Source: Enterococcus phage fHoEfm07
Sequence record: PV296021.1
Direction: 5' to 3' (one strand)
Length of the DNA: 44,400 bases
Shown: piece by piece, positions 18,351 to 28,400 of the stretch
How positions within the stretch are numbered: position 1 is the stretch's first letter
How the letters are laid out: every line of letters begins with the position of its first letter
Notes under the pieces: model-generated
Told to the model about the DNA's origin: nothing
The model's input: the letters and a program-made list of their open reading frames with translations, nothing else
Databases searched by the model: none
Translations under genes and position numbers: made by a program

Positions 18351-19898
18351 ATGGTAGATCAAAAAGAGTTCCGAGGAACAAAGATGATCGTTGATGGGAA
18401 AAGGCTTTCGAGCCTTTTCCAGATCAACAAGATCAGTCGGCCATCAACACCGGTCGAACACGACAAGCAAGAAACGCAGTTCGGTTATAGATACATCCGG
18501 ACAAAAGAAAAGGATAACACCTTGAAAATTGACATAACCATCAGATCGAACGAAATCAATGACTTTCGGCCGGTTGCTGATTTAAGGGATGATATCATTC
18601 GGGAGTTATACAAAGACGGTTTGAGAAAGTACCAGTTTACCGATCAGCCAGATCGCTATTGGGAAGGAAAATTCGATGGATCGTTAGAATTGGAATATAT
18701 CAACAAGCGAAACGCAAAAACTACGATTGAATTGTGGATTCCGGCCGGTCATGCTATTTCGGCATTAAACGAAAAAGAATTCACGAATGACGTTGAAAAC
18801 GATCCTGGTGTAATCAATGCAGTAAACGGTGGAACAAGACGTGTTTATCCACTGACGGAGGTTTATTTTACTAAAGAATGCGGATATATTGCATTTATGA
18901 ATGAGAGTGGAAATCTATTGCAGTTTGGCAATCCGGACGAAGTAGATGGAACAGTCAAAGAAAAAAATGAACTTTTGTTCGATGATCACATGCAACAAGA
19001 ACGGCCGGGATGGGTTAGAAACCAGGGTATCACACCGCCAGTCACTTATCGCAGGGATCAAGTGGGAACAGTCAGCTATATTGATGATTCGGCCAACTAT
19101 CCAGACGTTCCGAACGAAGGTTATTTCAGATGTTATAACTACGGAGATACAACCTTGCCAAGTTGGCACGGATTGGCTATGACGAAAGAAATTCCATTGC
19201 CATCCGATGGGGAATATCCCACGAACTTTCATTCGGCATTCCGTTTCGATTTCAACAACGATGGAGTTCCTAACAAAGAAAAACCATCAAGAATCGGCCA
19301 TTTTTCGGTGACTTATTCAGACGAAAACGACAACATTATTTGTTCGTTCGGCATCGAGGACAACAATCCATCGGCAGAAAAGAGCGACATGTTTTTCTAT
19401 ATTGGCAACAAACGTGTGTTCGATGATCGTAATACGACAAAATATTATACAAATCAGCGATATCCAGGAAGATGGATCACGATCGAAAAAGTGGGTAATG
19501 TGATCACGATGCGTGCGCAAGCTTATGGCGTGACAAAAACGTTCAATATTCCGAGTGATGCTAATTTCGGAAAATTGAAGAAAGTCACGGTTTATCATGC
19601 ACAATATAAAAACAATAAAATAATGGGAAACATTGTTTTCCGTGCTTTGCAGGTAACAAAATACAATACGCAATATTGGTCAGATTTCAAAAACGTTTTC
19701 CAACCAGGAGATTTTCTTTCGATCGATTTCGAAGGGCGTTCGATCATGCGAAACGGCCAACCACTCGACAAATTAGGCGCATACGGTAACGAATGGTTTC
19801 CGTTAGTTCCTGGAGAAAATGAGGTGGTTGTCAGTTATTCAGATTGGGTTATCGAACCGCCACAAGTGAAAATGAAATTTAAGGAGTTGTGGTATTAA
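18351..19898 (+). CDS. Distal tail protein (Dit), enlarged ('evolved Dit' with probable carbohydrate-binding insertion)
   Basis: 515 aa immediately after the tape measure gene, roughly twice classical Dit size. ATG overlaps the tape measure stop region. Confidence 0.55.
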   Translation: MVDQKEFRGTKMIVDGKRLSSLFQINKISRPSTPVEHDKQETQFGYRYIRTKEKDNTLKIDITIRSNEINDFRPVADLRDDIIRELYKDGLRKYQFTDQPDRYWEGKFDGSLELEYINKRNAKTTIELWIPAGHAISALNEKEFTNDVENDPGVINAVNGGTRRVYPLTEVYFTKECGYIAFMNESGNLLQFGNPDEVDGTVKEKNELLFDDHMQQERPGWVRNQGITPPVTYRRDQVGTVSYIDDSANYPDVPNEGYFRCYNYGDTTLPSWHGLAMTKEIPLPSDGEYPTNFHSAFRFDFNNDGVPNKEKPSRIGHFSVTYSDENDNIICSFGIEDNNPSAEKSDMFFYIGNKRVFDDRNTTKYYTNQRYPGRWITIEKVGNVITMRAQAYGVTKTFNIPSDANFGKLKKVTVYHAQYKNNKIMGNIVFRALQVTKYNTQYWSDFKNVFQPGDFLSIDFEGRSIMRNGQPLDKLGAYGNEWFPLVPGENEVVVSYSDWVIEPPQVKMKFKELWY

Positions 19899-21355
19899 TG
19901 GCAGAATTTTATTTTGCGGATAGACGTATGGAAATTCAAGCCGTTGGATCGACTGATGAAACAGATGCGATTTTGGTCATGGAAGATGATCTACAAGAAA
20001 CATTGAAAACGGCATCCGGCATCTATACAATCACGATTTCCACGCTATCCGAGAAGTACAAACCGGCAGATATACAGGAATACACGAAAATTTTGAATTA
20101 TATTCTTGTAAAACGTCCGGATTCGAATAAGTGTGATTATTATACGATCATGGATATTGAAGAAGACTATGAGAATTTCACAAGATCGCTGACAGTTGAA
20201 AACGCCGGGCTTGATCTATTGAATGAAGTTTTGCCACCGTGGGGATTGCCGGCCGATCAACACAACATTGTTTGGTATATGGAAAAAGCTATATACGATT
20301 CCGGGTTCGTGATCGGTATAAATGAATATGGAAGCGACAAACGAAGAAAATTGCAATGGGATGGATCAAGTACGGCGCTAGAAAGAGCGCAATCGATTGC
20401 CACACAGTTTGACAATTGCGAATTAGGCTTTTCTTTCGAGGTAAAAGGCTTGCAGGTAACAAAAAAATATTTGGATATTTACAAGCATCGAGGATCGCAG
20501 GAAAGAAAGCAGTTGTTTTTCGGTCGTGAGATTAAAAACATCAAAAAGACTGAAAGTGCCTATGATCTTGCAACGGCTTTGCAAGCAACAGGCGGAACGC
20601 CAGAAGGCAAAGAAAAGCCAATCAATCTATATAGTTATGTGGGATCAAGTGACAACGGCCGATATTACACCGAAAAAAATTCATACTACGTGAAAGATCG
20701 GGATGCTTTGCAGATTTACAGCCGATACATTGCGCCGAATGAAACCGGGAAAGATGTCGGACACATCGTGGCGCAATACAGCTACGAAACAACGAGCCAA
20801 TCAGAGCTATTCAATCGAACCGTTGCCGAGTTGAAAAAAAGAAACCATCCAACAGAAGGATGGGAAGTTGAATTGTATTATATGCCGGATGGCTTATCAG
20901 TTGGCGATGAGGTGGCCATATTGCATCCGGAACGTGATTTGTATTTGGAAGCCAGGGTGGAAGAAATAACCTATTCGATAACCGGATTGCCAACCGTTAA
21001 ATTTGGGGATTTCTTGCAGGTTGATTCCGGGATTGATGAAGACTTGCGAAAAATGGCAGATGCCATCGCTAACATTGAAAAAACACAAATCTATTATAGA
21101 ATTGTATTTGTATCAACTAATGGATTTAATTTCATGAATGGCGAAGGTTATTCGGATGTTACGGCGCTTGTATTCAAAGGAAATGAAGACGTAACAGAAG
21201 CATTCGAACCAGAACGATTCGTGTGGCAAAAGTACGATGATCAAGGCGTACACGATACCGAATGGGAAGCGCAACACAACGGCACAGGCAACACGATTCG
21301 CATTTATGGGAATGATCCGGCAAATTATAGCGTAGACATCACGAAGGAGGAATGA
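19898..21355 (+). CDS. Tail-associated protein / baseplate hub (Tal-like N-terminal domain protein)
   Basis: About 485 aa from the internal ATG (TAATG overlap with Dit stop; Met4 of the tracked ORF 19889). Canonical Dit-Tal-RBP order. Confidence 0.5.
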   Translation: MAEFYFADRRMEIQAVGSTDETDAILVMEDDLQETLKTASGIYTITISTLSEKYKPADIQEYTKILNYILVKRPDSNKCDYYTIMDIEEDYENFTRSLTVENAGLDLLNEVLPPWGLPADQHNIVWYMEKAIYDSGFVIGINEYGSDKRRKLQWDGSSTALERAQSIATQFDNCELGFSFEVKGLQVTKKYLDIYKHRGSQERKQLFFGREIKNIKKTESAYDLATALQATGGTPEGKEKPINLYSYVGSSDNGRYYTEKNSYYVKDRDALQIYSRYIAPNETGKDVGHIVAQYSYETTSQSELFNRTVAELKKRNHPTEGWEVELYYMPDGLSVGDEVAILHPERDLYLEARVEEITYSITGLPTVKFGDFLQVDSGIDEDLRKMADAIANIEKTQIYYRIVFVSTNGFNFMNGEGYSDVTALVFKGNEDVTEAFEPERFVWQKYDDQGVHDTEWEAQHNGTGNTIRIYGNDPANYSVDITKEE

Positions 21356-21358
21356 CAA

Positions 21359-24300
21359 ATGGCCAATTTGGTTTCGGGTAGTTTCAAATCAACAAACGTA
21401 AACGATGGAGCAGATGCAAGATTGCTGATGCTTGAAGCATCGGGAAACGTGATCGGGTTTGATGCAGAAGGGAAAGCAGTACCAGGTCAAAAAGTAGATA
21501 TTGTTGCATACATTCAAAATATAGAGGGTTCGCCGGTATTCACGGCGATCCCTTACATTGGAGAAACAGCACAAACGCCGATCACATTAAAAGGATCGGG
21601 AAATGCTAGGTATATCACAGGGGAAGAATGGAATAAAGATTGGAACAGATTAATTGTTTCGGTATCGTTGGCAGGTTTCACAGATTCCACCACGATTGCA
21701 AAGGTACAAGATGGTTCGGGTAAAGATGGCCAAAACGCTATTGTCGGCCTTTTAACGAACGAAGCCATCACGTTATCCGCAGACGAAAACGGAAATATCC
21801 CGGACTTTTCCACAGCTACCGGAGAATTTCAAATTTACGATGGATTGACGAAAGTCACAGAAGGCGTTTCTTTTGCGATTTCCGGCCAAGTAGGCGCATC
21901 CGGTACAATTAACCAGAACGGCGTTTACAACGTCACAGCGATGACAGCAGACACAGCAACGATCGAATTCAAAGCTTCTTACAAAGGAACGGAGATTGTT
22001 AAGAAATTAAGCCTGGCAAAATCTCGCAAAGGCCAGCCAGGTAAAAACGCCAATTTGCTTTATTTATCCGTTTCAAACAATGTGATTGTATTTGATGCAA
22101 ACGATGTCGCATTTCCTAACCAACGCATTTCAATCGTGGCTAAGTTGCAAAACATTTCCGGCACAGCCACATTCAAAGCAATCCCTTACATCAACGCAAC
22201 AGCGCAATCAGAAATCGCATTATCGGGTTCGGGCAATGATCGATACATTTCCGGGGAAAATTGGGATAAGCGATGGACGAGCCTATCAGTTACGGCAACG
22301 ATCGGAGGTCTAAGCGATCAAACAACCATTTATAAGATCAGCGAAGTAAAAGGATCAGACGGCAAAAATACGATCATCGGCATCTTAACAAATGAATCGA
22401 TCACGATTTCAGCGGATGCAAATGGGAACGTTCCGGACTTCACAAAGGCAACAGGAACATTCCAGATTTACGATGGCATCGCATTGGTTGATCCGAAAAA
22501 TGTCACTTATGCAGTTCAGACACAAACAGGCGCAACGGCTACGATCGGCACAAATGGCGTTTATAGAGTTACCACAATGAGTGCAGACACAGCAACAATC
22601 GTTTTCAAGGCTACTTATGGCGGAGTTGAGAGAACGAAACAATTATCCATTGCAAAATCAAAAGCCGGCCAAAAAGGCGAAGCAGGTAACGGCATCAAGT
22701 CAACGAAAACACAATATCAAAGATCGGCGAATGGGCAAACACCACCAACAGGCACATGGCTTGATGAAATCCCGGTAGTTCCGCCAGGAGAATTTTTGTG
22801 GACGAGGGTCACGCAAACATTCGATGATAATACAACATCAGTCAGTTATAGTGTTTCAAAAATGGGGGAAGATGGCGAAAAAGGTAAGGATTCATACGTT
22901 CACACGATGTTTGCGAATGATATTGATTTCGGAGATTATGATTATTCCGGAAATCCTAACTTAATGACAGTATTAAAAGCTAGCGATTTTTTAACACAAT
23001 CAGGCGCAACAATAGAAGATTTCAACGGAGGATTGAAAGTTACTTTCACAAAAACAGATGGAGCTACTTTTTTAGAATCAAGAAAAAATATTCCAGCTTT
23101 ACTTCCTAACAAACAATACACGTTAAGCGCAGATGTTACTGTTTCTGAGGGATACACAGGTAAACTAGACAATTTAAGATTTGGTTATCGTAAATTTCCT
23201 AACGGAACAATCATATTGCCGTTAACGGCTAAAGATGCGCAAGTCGGCAAAAAGACGAAAATATTCATCACGGCAAATTCGAGTTCGGCAACCGATCCAT
23301 CGATTTTCGGTAGAATGTATTTCACGATCAATACGACATCAACAGAGCCTTTTGTCGGAACTGTTTTAATCGAAAATATCAAAGTCGAAGAAGGAACGAC
23401 AGCCACGCCTTATCAGCCGAACCTTATCGAAGAACCATATCAAATAAGCCATGAACCTTTAGGGGAAAATATTGCTGATAAGTCTGTTGCGTTCCCAATA
23501 AACACATCTGAATATCTAGTTTACAATAAACGAAACATAATTAATTATGAAGCTGGACAAACATATACGCTCACGATGAAGGCAACTAAGCCAGCAAATC
23601 AAAGTTTTACAGTATTTGTCAGAAGTGGAACTCAATTAGTTGGAACAATGAAACCAGTGGAGGGTAAAGTAGATGAGTGGGGACTTACATTCACCGTAGG
23701 TCAAGACGCAATTGACGCAGGTACTATTGATCTATTACAAGTCTATCAATACCCTAGCGCAACTAAAGGCGCTGTTAAAATTGATTGGATCAAGATTGAA
23801 AAAGGCGATACACGAACACCGAACATCGATGCTTTCAAATACGTTGGATTTTATACCGGAGAATTGGCAGAAGCGCCAAGCGATCCGACAATGTACAAAT
23901 GGAACAAGATCAAAGGCGAAGACGGTGTGGGGCTAGAATCAACAGAAATCTTTTATGTAGGTTCAGCAAACGGACAAACACCGCCAGAAAGCGGATGGCA
24001 AACAACTGTTCCTAACGTGCCACAAGGTCAATACATGTGGACGAAGGTTGTGTGGACTTATTCGGATGATTCCATAAAAACCGCTTATTCAGTGGGTAAA
24101 ATTGGTGCTAATGGAACAAACGGAAACGATGGCTTGCCTGGAAAAGATGGCGTAGGGATCGATGACACGTTGATTGAATATGCGGTCAGCACAAGTGGCA
24201 CAGTTAGGCCAACAAGTGGATGGTCTACAAACACACCAAGTGTTCCACAAGGTCAATATTTGTGGACGAGAATCACATGGACTTATACCGACAACACAAC

Positions 24301-27214
24301 AGAACAAGGCTATATAGTAGCTAGACAAGGAGCAAACGGCACTAACGGAAAAGATGGTGTGAGTGTTAAAACTATCGCAACGACATATCAGGCAGGCACA
24401 AGCGGAACGACACCGCCAACAGGTGCATGGCTACCGACACCACCGGCCGTTGCTGAAAATCAATTCTTGTGGACGAAGATCGAAATTTCATTGGATGATG
24501 GTACGAAAAGCACAGGGTATTCCGTTGGTAAAATGGGAGCGCAAGGACAGCCAGGAGAAAAAGGCGATCCAGGTGCGCCAGGAACGCCAGGGAACGGCAT
24601 CAAATCATCATCCGTCACTTATCAAGTTTCGACAAGCGGAACAACTACGCCAACAGGCACATGGGTATCTACACCACCGACAGTGCCACAAGGTCAATAT
24701 TTGTGGACGAGAACCGTGCTGACGTTCGACAACGGACAAAGCGTGACCGCCTATGCAGTAAGCAAAGCCGGAATAGATGGCGAAAATGGATTGAATAACG
24801 ATAACATGGTTTTCAACAGCCGTTTTGAGAAATTCAATGAATGGCCACAAAATTCGATGGGTTGGTACAAAACACAATTCACGCAGGCAACACAACCAGA
24901 AACAGACAAGCCAACAAACAATATTTTGAAAATCGGTGGCGATGCATCTAGTGGATCACGCTACACATTTTCACGAAATATCGCTGTTGTTCCGGGTACT
25001 ACGATCGAACTGTCGTTTGATGCGAAACTATCGAGATTATTCACGAATAAAAACATCGCTACCATTCGGATGTTTGATTCCGAACATGCAAATTCATCCA
25101 ACCAACCGGATACAGTCGGCGGAAACAGCTATATCAATCTATTTACAGATGGAACAGCAAGTGCCGGCGCAGGCGTGACGGAATATGACGGAAAAAATAC
25201 ACCGATCACAACCGCAAATACCTGGTATCGATACAAGGTTCGATTTTTAGTTCCGGATAACGTGACGAATGTCAAAATGTTTTTCACTGTAAGTGATCCG
25301 AATGCATCATCATTCCTTTTCGTTCGTGATCCGCAAGGCGTGATCTACAAAGATTTAAACGCCAACACACGAAATTTTGCGCTTGATTCACGTTTTCCAA
25401 GTGCCAAAACAATCGGAGGAACTACGACACGAAGAAAGAACATTCAGCTTTCAAGACCGACAAAAGCAGGCGAAAAATATACGATTGCATTCGATTATTC
25501 ATTGATTTCCGGAACGCTAACCAGTCAAATTCAAGTTTTTTTGAGAGATAAGAACGAAGCAGGCAAAGGAAATGTTTTGCTTAATACGTCCGGCAACAAA
25601 AACAGATTAGTCGGAGAGATCACAGCAACCGGCGAAGCTGATCATTTGCAAATCTTCCACGGTGTGAATGGAGCAACAACAGAAGCCACGAATTACGAGT
25701 TTGAAAAGATCATGTTTAATTTAGGCGATAAAACATTCGACTATGAACAAGCGCCGGAAGACGGTTTCAGCACAACGAATGTTTGGCCGAATAGTTCATG
25801 GAACATCGGAAAAGGTTCGTGGGTATTCACAGATGATCAGTTCGAAATTTTAGCGCCAGAAACAGATAAACCAGAATCATCGATCTTGCATGGCAAGCCG
25901 AAAAATATCAATTTCCAACAAACCTACCAGATACCACATCCAAGATTTGTGAATGCAGGGGATATCGTACACGTTTCTTTTGATTACAAGGAAAAAAACA
26001 GAACAGCAGATACAATGCTTGCTTGCGTTCGTATTTTCCCGGAAAAAGACACCGTGAACAGTTCGTCCAATGCGTTGATGGAGAAATATATAACGCCATC
26101 CGTTTTGGGGTGGAGTTTGGCAAATAATACAAATTGGATCAAAGTAGACTATGTTTTCAGATCAACGGTTTCGGGTTGGGTCGACATCTTGCCATACGAC
26201 AACGATGCAACCGGCAATCACGAAAGTTTTTATCGTGAAATATTCGTAACCAATGCAGGAAAGTTGCATGGCGAATGGAGTCCGGCACAAGTTGACTTTG
26301 CAACGCAAATCGACGGCATTCCAAAAGTGTTCGTACAAGCAAGCATGCCAACCGATCCAAGTGTCAAAAATGGGGATCAATGGTGGGTACAGTCCGGAAA
26401 CAAAGTGACATCGATCAAGGTATATGGAAATGGTGCATGGCACGATCAAGCGATCGATCAAGCCGTTTTGAATATCGTGCAATTGAATGCCGTCAATATC
26501 AACGGATCAGTCGTTAACGGTTCGCAGTTTATCAATACATTTGACATTAAAGACAGCGATCATTCGAAAATGAAGGGTACGACTAAAATCCAAGATGGAT
26601 TCATTATGCAAGATGTGGAAAATATCGGTTTGGATGCTTCAGGAGCAGAAACGAAAAAATTTCTTGAAAGTCATTTACGCTTGTCTTACGGTAGCCTTTT
26701 ATCACAAAACACATTGTTTGATGCTCAAGGAAACCAGACAAGCAATTCATCATCAAATTTGACAGGTGGATATTTGAACCTTACTTTGAAAGATTCGAGC
26801 GGTACTTACAACGGAACACTTGATGCGAAAGCCTTAACGAATACAGGTTGGAAAACATTCAGATTAGGGCCGTTGTTTGAGGTTAAAGAAGGAAATCCGC
26901 CACAATATAAAATTATCTATCAATTGGACGGATCAAAACTTGTCAAATTCCGTGGCCAGTTCGGTTTAAAATCCGGAAATATGCGAAAAGGATCAACTTA
27001 CTATCCTTTCAAAGCCGAAAATAATGCGAGTTCCGGAAAAAACTATGTGCCGGCAGAAATCACGCCGGACGTGACAGCGTTCGGATATGGCGCAACAAGC
27101 ACGGCGGAAGGCGGACGACTTGCAGCCACCACCGCAAGAAACATTTTGCTTTTCCCGGCATCCGATACATCTTATTGTTCGATCGAAGCATTCCAATACA
27201 TTATCGAACGTTAA
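21359..27214 (+). CDS. Receptor-binding / tail fibre protein (1951 aa) with tandemly duplicated N-terminal domains, five W-x-PP-VPQGQY-LWTR beta-modules and collagen-like G-X-Y stretches
   Basis: RBS GAAGGAGG. Two about 205-aa paralogous domains (about nt 21410-22030 and 22035-22655). Repeated modules such as ...GQTPPTGTW..VP.VPQGQYLWTR..W.Y.D...Y.V.K.G.NG. Collagen-like GANGTNGNDGLPGKDG and GAQGQPGEKGDPGAPGTPGNG. Large C-terminal region presumably carries carbohydrate-binding/receptor domains. Confidence 0.7.
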   Translation: MANLVSGSFKSTNVNDGADARLLMLEASGNVIGFDAEGKAVPGQKVDIVAYIQNIEGSPVFTAIPYIGETAQTPITLKGSGNARYITGEEWNKDWNRLIVSVSLAGFTDSTTIAKVQDGSGKDGQNAIVGLLTNEAITLSADENGNIPDFSTATGEFQIYDGLTKVTEGVSFAISGQVGASGTINQNGVYNVTAMTADTATIEFKASYKGTEIVKKLSLAKSRKGQPGKNANLLYLSVSNNVIVFDANDVAFPNQRISIVAKLQNISGTATFKAIPYINATAQSEIALSGSGNDRYISGENWDKRWTSLSVTATIGGLSDQTTIYKISEVKGSDGKNTIIGILTNESITISADANGNVPDFTKATGTFQIYDGIALVDPKNVTYAVQTQTGATATIGTNGVYRVTTMSADTATIVFKATYGGVERTKQLSIAKSKAGQKGEAGNGIKSTKTQYQRSANGQTPPTGTWLDEIPVVPPGEFLWTRVTQTFDDNTTSVSYSVSKMGEDGEKGKDSYVHTMFANDIDFGDYDYSGNPNLMTVLKASDFLTQSGATIEDFNGGLKVTFTKTDGATFLESRKNIPALLPNKQYTLSADVTVSEGYTGKLDNLRFGYRKFPNGTIILPLTAKDAQVGKKTKIFITANSSSATDPSIFGRMYFTINTTSTEPFVGTVLIENIKVEEGTTATPYQPNLIEEPYQISHEPLGENIADKSVAFPINTSEYLVYNKRNIINYEAGQTYTLTMKATKPANQSFTVFVRSGTQLVGTMKPVEGKVDEWGLTFTVGQDAIDAGTIDLLQVYQYPSATKGAVKIDWIKIEKGDTRTPNIDAFKYVGFYTGELAEAPSDPTMYKWNKIKGEDGVGLESTEIFYVGSANGQTPPESGWQTTVPNVPQGQYMWTKVVWTYSDDSIKTAYSVGKIGANGTNGNDGLPGKDGVGIDDTLIEYAVSTSGTVRPTSGWSTNTPSVPQGQYLWTRITWTYTDNTTEQGYIVARQGANGTNGKDGVSVKTIATTYQAGTSGTTPPTGAWLPTPPAVAENQFLWTKIEISLDDGTKSTGYSVGKMGAQGQPGEKGDPGAPGTPGNGIKSSSVTYQVSTSGTTTPTGTWVSTPPTVPQGQYLWTRTVLTFDNGQSVTAYAVSKAGIDGENGLNNDNMVFNSRFEKFNEWPQNSMGWYKTQFTQATQPETDKPTNNILKIGGDASSGSRYTFSRNIAVVPGTTIELSFDAKLSRLFTNKNIATIRMFDSEHANSSNQPDTVGGNSYINLFTDGTASAGAGVTEYDGKNTPITTANTWYRYKVRFLVPDNVTNVKMFFTVSDPNASSFLFVRDPQGVIYKDLNANTRNFALDSRFPSAKTIGGTTTRRKNIQLSRPTKAGEKYTIAFDYSLISGTLTSQIQVFLRDKNEAGKGNVLLNTSGNKNRLVGEITATGEADHLQIFHGVNGATTEATNYEFEKIMFNLGDKTFDYEQAPEDGFSTTNVWPNSSWNIGKGSWVFTDDQFEILAPETDKPESSILHGKPKNINFQQTYQIPHPRFVNAGDIVHVSFDYKEKNRTADTMLACVRIFPEKDTVNSSSNALMEKYITPSVLGWSLANNTNWIKVDYVFRSTVSGWVDILPYDNDATGNHESFYREIFVTNAGKLHGEWSPAQVDFATQIDGIPKVFVQASMPTDPSVKNGDQWWVQSGNKVTSIKVYGNGAWHDQAIDQAVLNIVQLNAVNINGSVVNGSQFINTFDIKDSDHSKMKGTTKIQDGFIMQDVENIGLDASGAETKKFLESHLRLSYGSLLSQNTLFDAQGNQTSNSSSNLTGGYLNLTLKDSSGTYNGTLDAKALTNTGWKTFRLGPLFEVKEGNPPQYKIIYQLDGSKLVKFRGQFGLKSGNMRKGSTYYPFKAENNASSGKNYVPAEITPDVTAFGYGATSTAEGGRLAATTARNILLFPASDTSYCSIEAFQYIIER

Positions 27215-27376
27215 AAGCAATTCTCTTTGTGGTGTGGCATAATGAAAAGGAAAGGAGGTGGAAGCCTATGCATTACACGAACAACTCAGTCGATGAAAGA
27301 GGGAAACCGGTATAATAACAATCCGGGTTTTCCCCAATCCGGATTGTTTCATGTGGAACAATCGGAGGTGGAAAAA

Positions 27377-27781
27377 GTGAAACGAGATAACAGGCTAAGC
27401 TATAAAGTTGGTTTTGTTTCCTTTTTTTATTGGCTATTTGTATACATCTATCCAACGGAACGCCTCATTTCCCCGGATGGGATTCCGTTGAATGGGATTG
27501 GTTTGATAATTGATAATTTTAGCGATGTGTTTGTTTCTCTTTTTGTCATGATGGTTGCATCCCTTTACTTGGTGGCCATCTATGCATCGAAAGAGAAACT
27601 AAGGATCGTTATGGCCGGCATTTTGTTTGGCGTATGGGTTACGTCAACAAGTGCGATGGTTTGGTGGGCTTTCATGCGTGGCCTAGTTTCGCCATCATTA
27701 GCAATCTACGCCGGATATTGTGTTTCAATTTTCATTGATATTCGGACGGGGGTTGATAATAAATGGATTGGCAAAAAATAG
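27377..27781 (+). CDS. Putative 4-TM membrane protein at the head of the lysis cassette
   Basis: GTG start with RBS GGAGGTGG (Val51 of the tracked ORF 27227). Four hydrophobic helices. Sits directly upstream of another membrane protein, the holin and the endolysin. Confidence 0.4.
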   Translation: MKRDNRLSYKVGFVSFFYWLFVYIYPTERLISPDGIPLNGIGLIIDNFSDVFVSLFVMMVASLYLVAIYASKEKLRIVMAGILFGVWVTSTSAMVWWAFMRGLVSPSLAIYAGYCVSIFIDIRTGVDNKWIGKK

Positions 27782-28149
27782 TTTTGGCCATAATCGCAAT
27801 GATTTCCGGATCATATGGGGTCATTACAGGTTTCATCAACTACAAAAAAGATGTGAACAAGGGAAGAAACCAACGTGATCAAATAGCGTGGGAAACGATG
27901 GAAAAACAATACAGAAACCTTGAAAAAAGTTATGATGATCTATCGAAAAAAGTTTCACAGCTAGAAAAAAAGTTGGATGAATTCCGGGAGGAAAACACAG
28001 CGAAAGACAAAATCATTTTAGAAAAAGATCGAATCATAATGAAAAAAGATGGCGAAATCGAAGACTTGAAAGAAGAGGTTTCCGATCTTAAAAAGACAAA
28101 TAAAGCGTTGAGAGTTAAAATGGCAGAGATGGGAGGTGTCAAAACGTGA
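27763..28149 (+). CDS. Membrane-anchored coiled-coil protein (N-terminal TM plus long E/K coiled coil); XhlA-like lysis accessory candidate
   Basis: N-terminal hydrophobic helix (IVLAIIAMISGSYGVITGFI) followed by about 90 aa of heptad-rich charged sequence. Lies between the membrane protein and holin. Confidence 0.4.
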   Translation: MDWQKIVLAIIAMISGSYGVITGFINYKKDVNKGRNQRDQIAWETMEKQYRNLEKSYDDLSKKVSQLEKKLDEFREENTAKDKIILEKDRIIMKKDGEIEDLKEEVSDLKKTNKALRVKMAEMGGVKT

Positions 28150-28400
28150 AAGATCAGATCATGCAAATGTTTAATTTGTCGGACGTTGCTTATAACCGTT
28201 TGAAATGGACAGTAAGCATTGTTTTACCGGCAATCATCACTTTTTTCGGAATTCTAGGTCAAACAATGGGCTGGGATTTCACTGATAAAGTGATCACGAT
28301 CGGGACGGCTTTTGTTGCGATGTTAGGGATCATTTTAGGGATTTCAACAAACGAATACAACAAAAACGAAGAAAACAAGGAGGAAAACAAAAATGAGTAA
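28146..28400 (+). CDS. Holin (class II, two TM helices, charged C-terminus; phiLC3/phage_holin_1-like)
   Basis: 84 aa with two TM segments and an EENKEENKNE tail. Overlaps the endolysin start. GTG start with RBS GGGAGGTG. Confidence 0.6.
   Translation: MKDQIMQMFNLSDVAYNRLKWTVSIVLPAIITFFGILGQTMGWDFTDKVITIGTAFVAMLGIILGISTNEYNKNEENKEENKNE

Noticed and set aside
21359-27214. Diversity-generating retroelement (template/variable repeat pair) in the receptor-binding gene
   Set aside because: The repeats are in-frame tandem protein modules that are only partly identical, which is domain duplication. No reverse transcriptase gene is nearby. There is no adenine-specific substitution pattern between copies.
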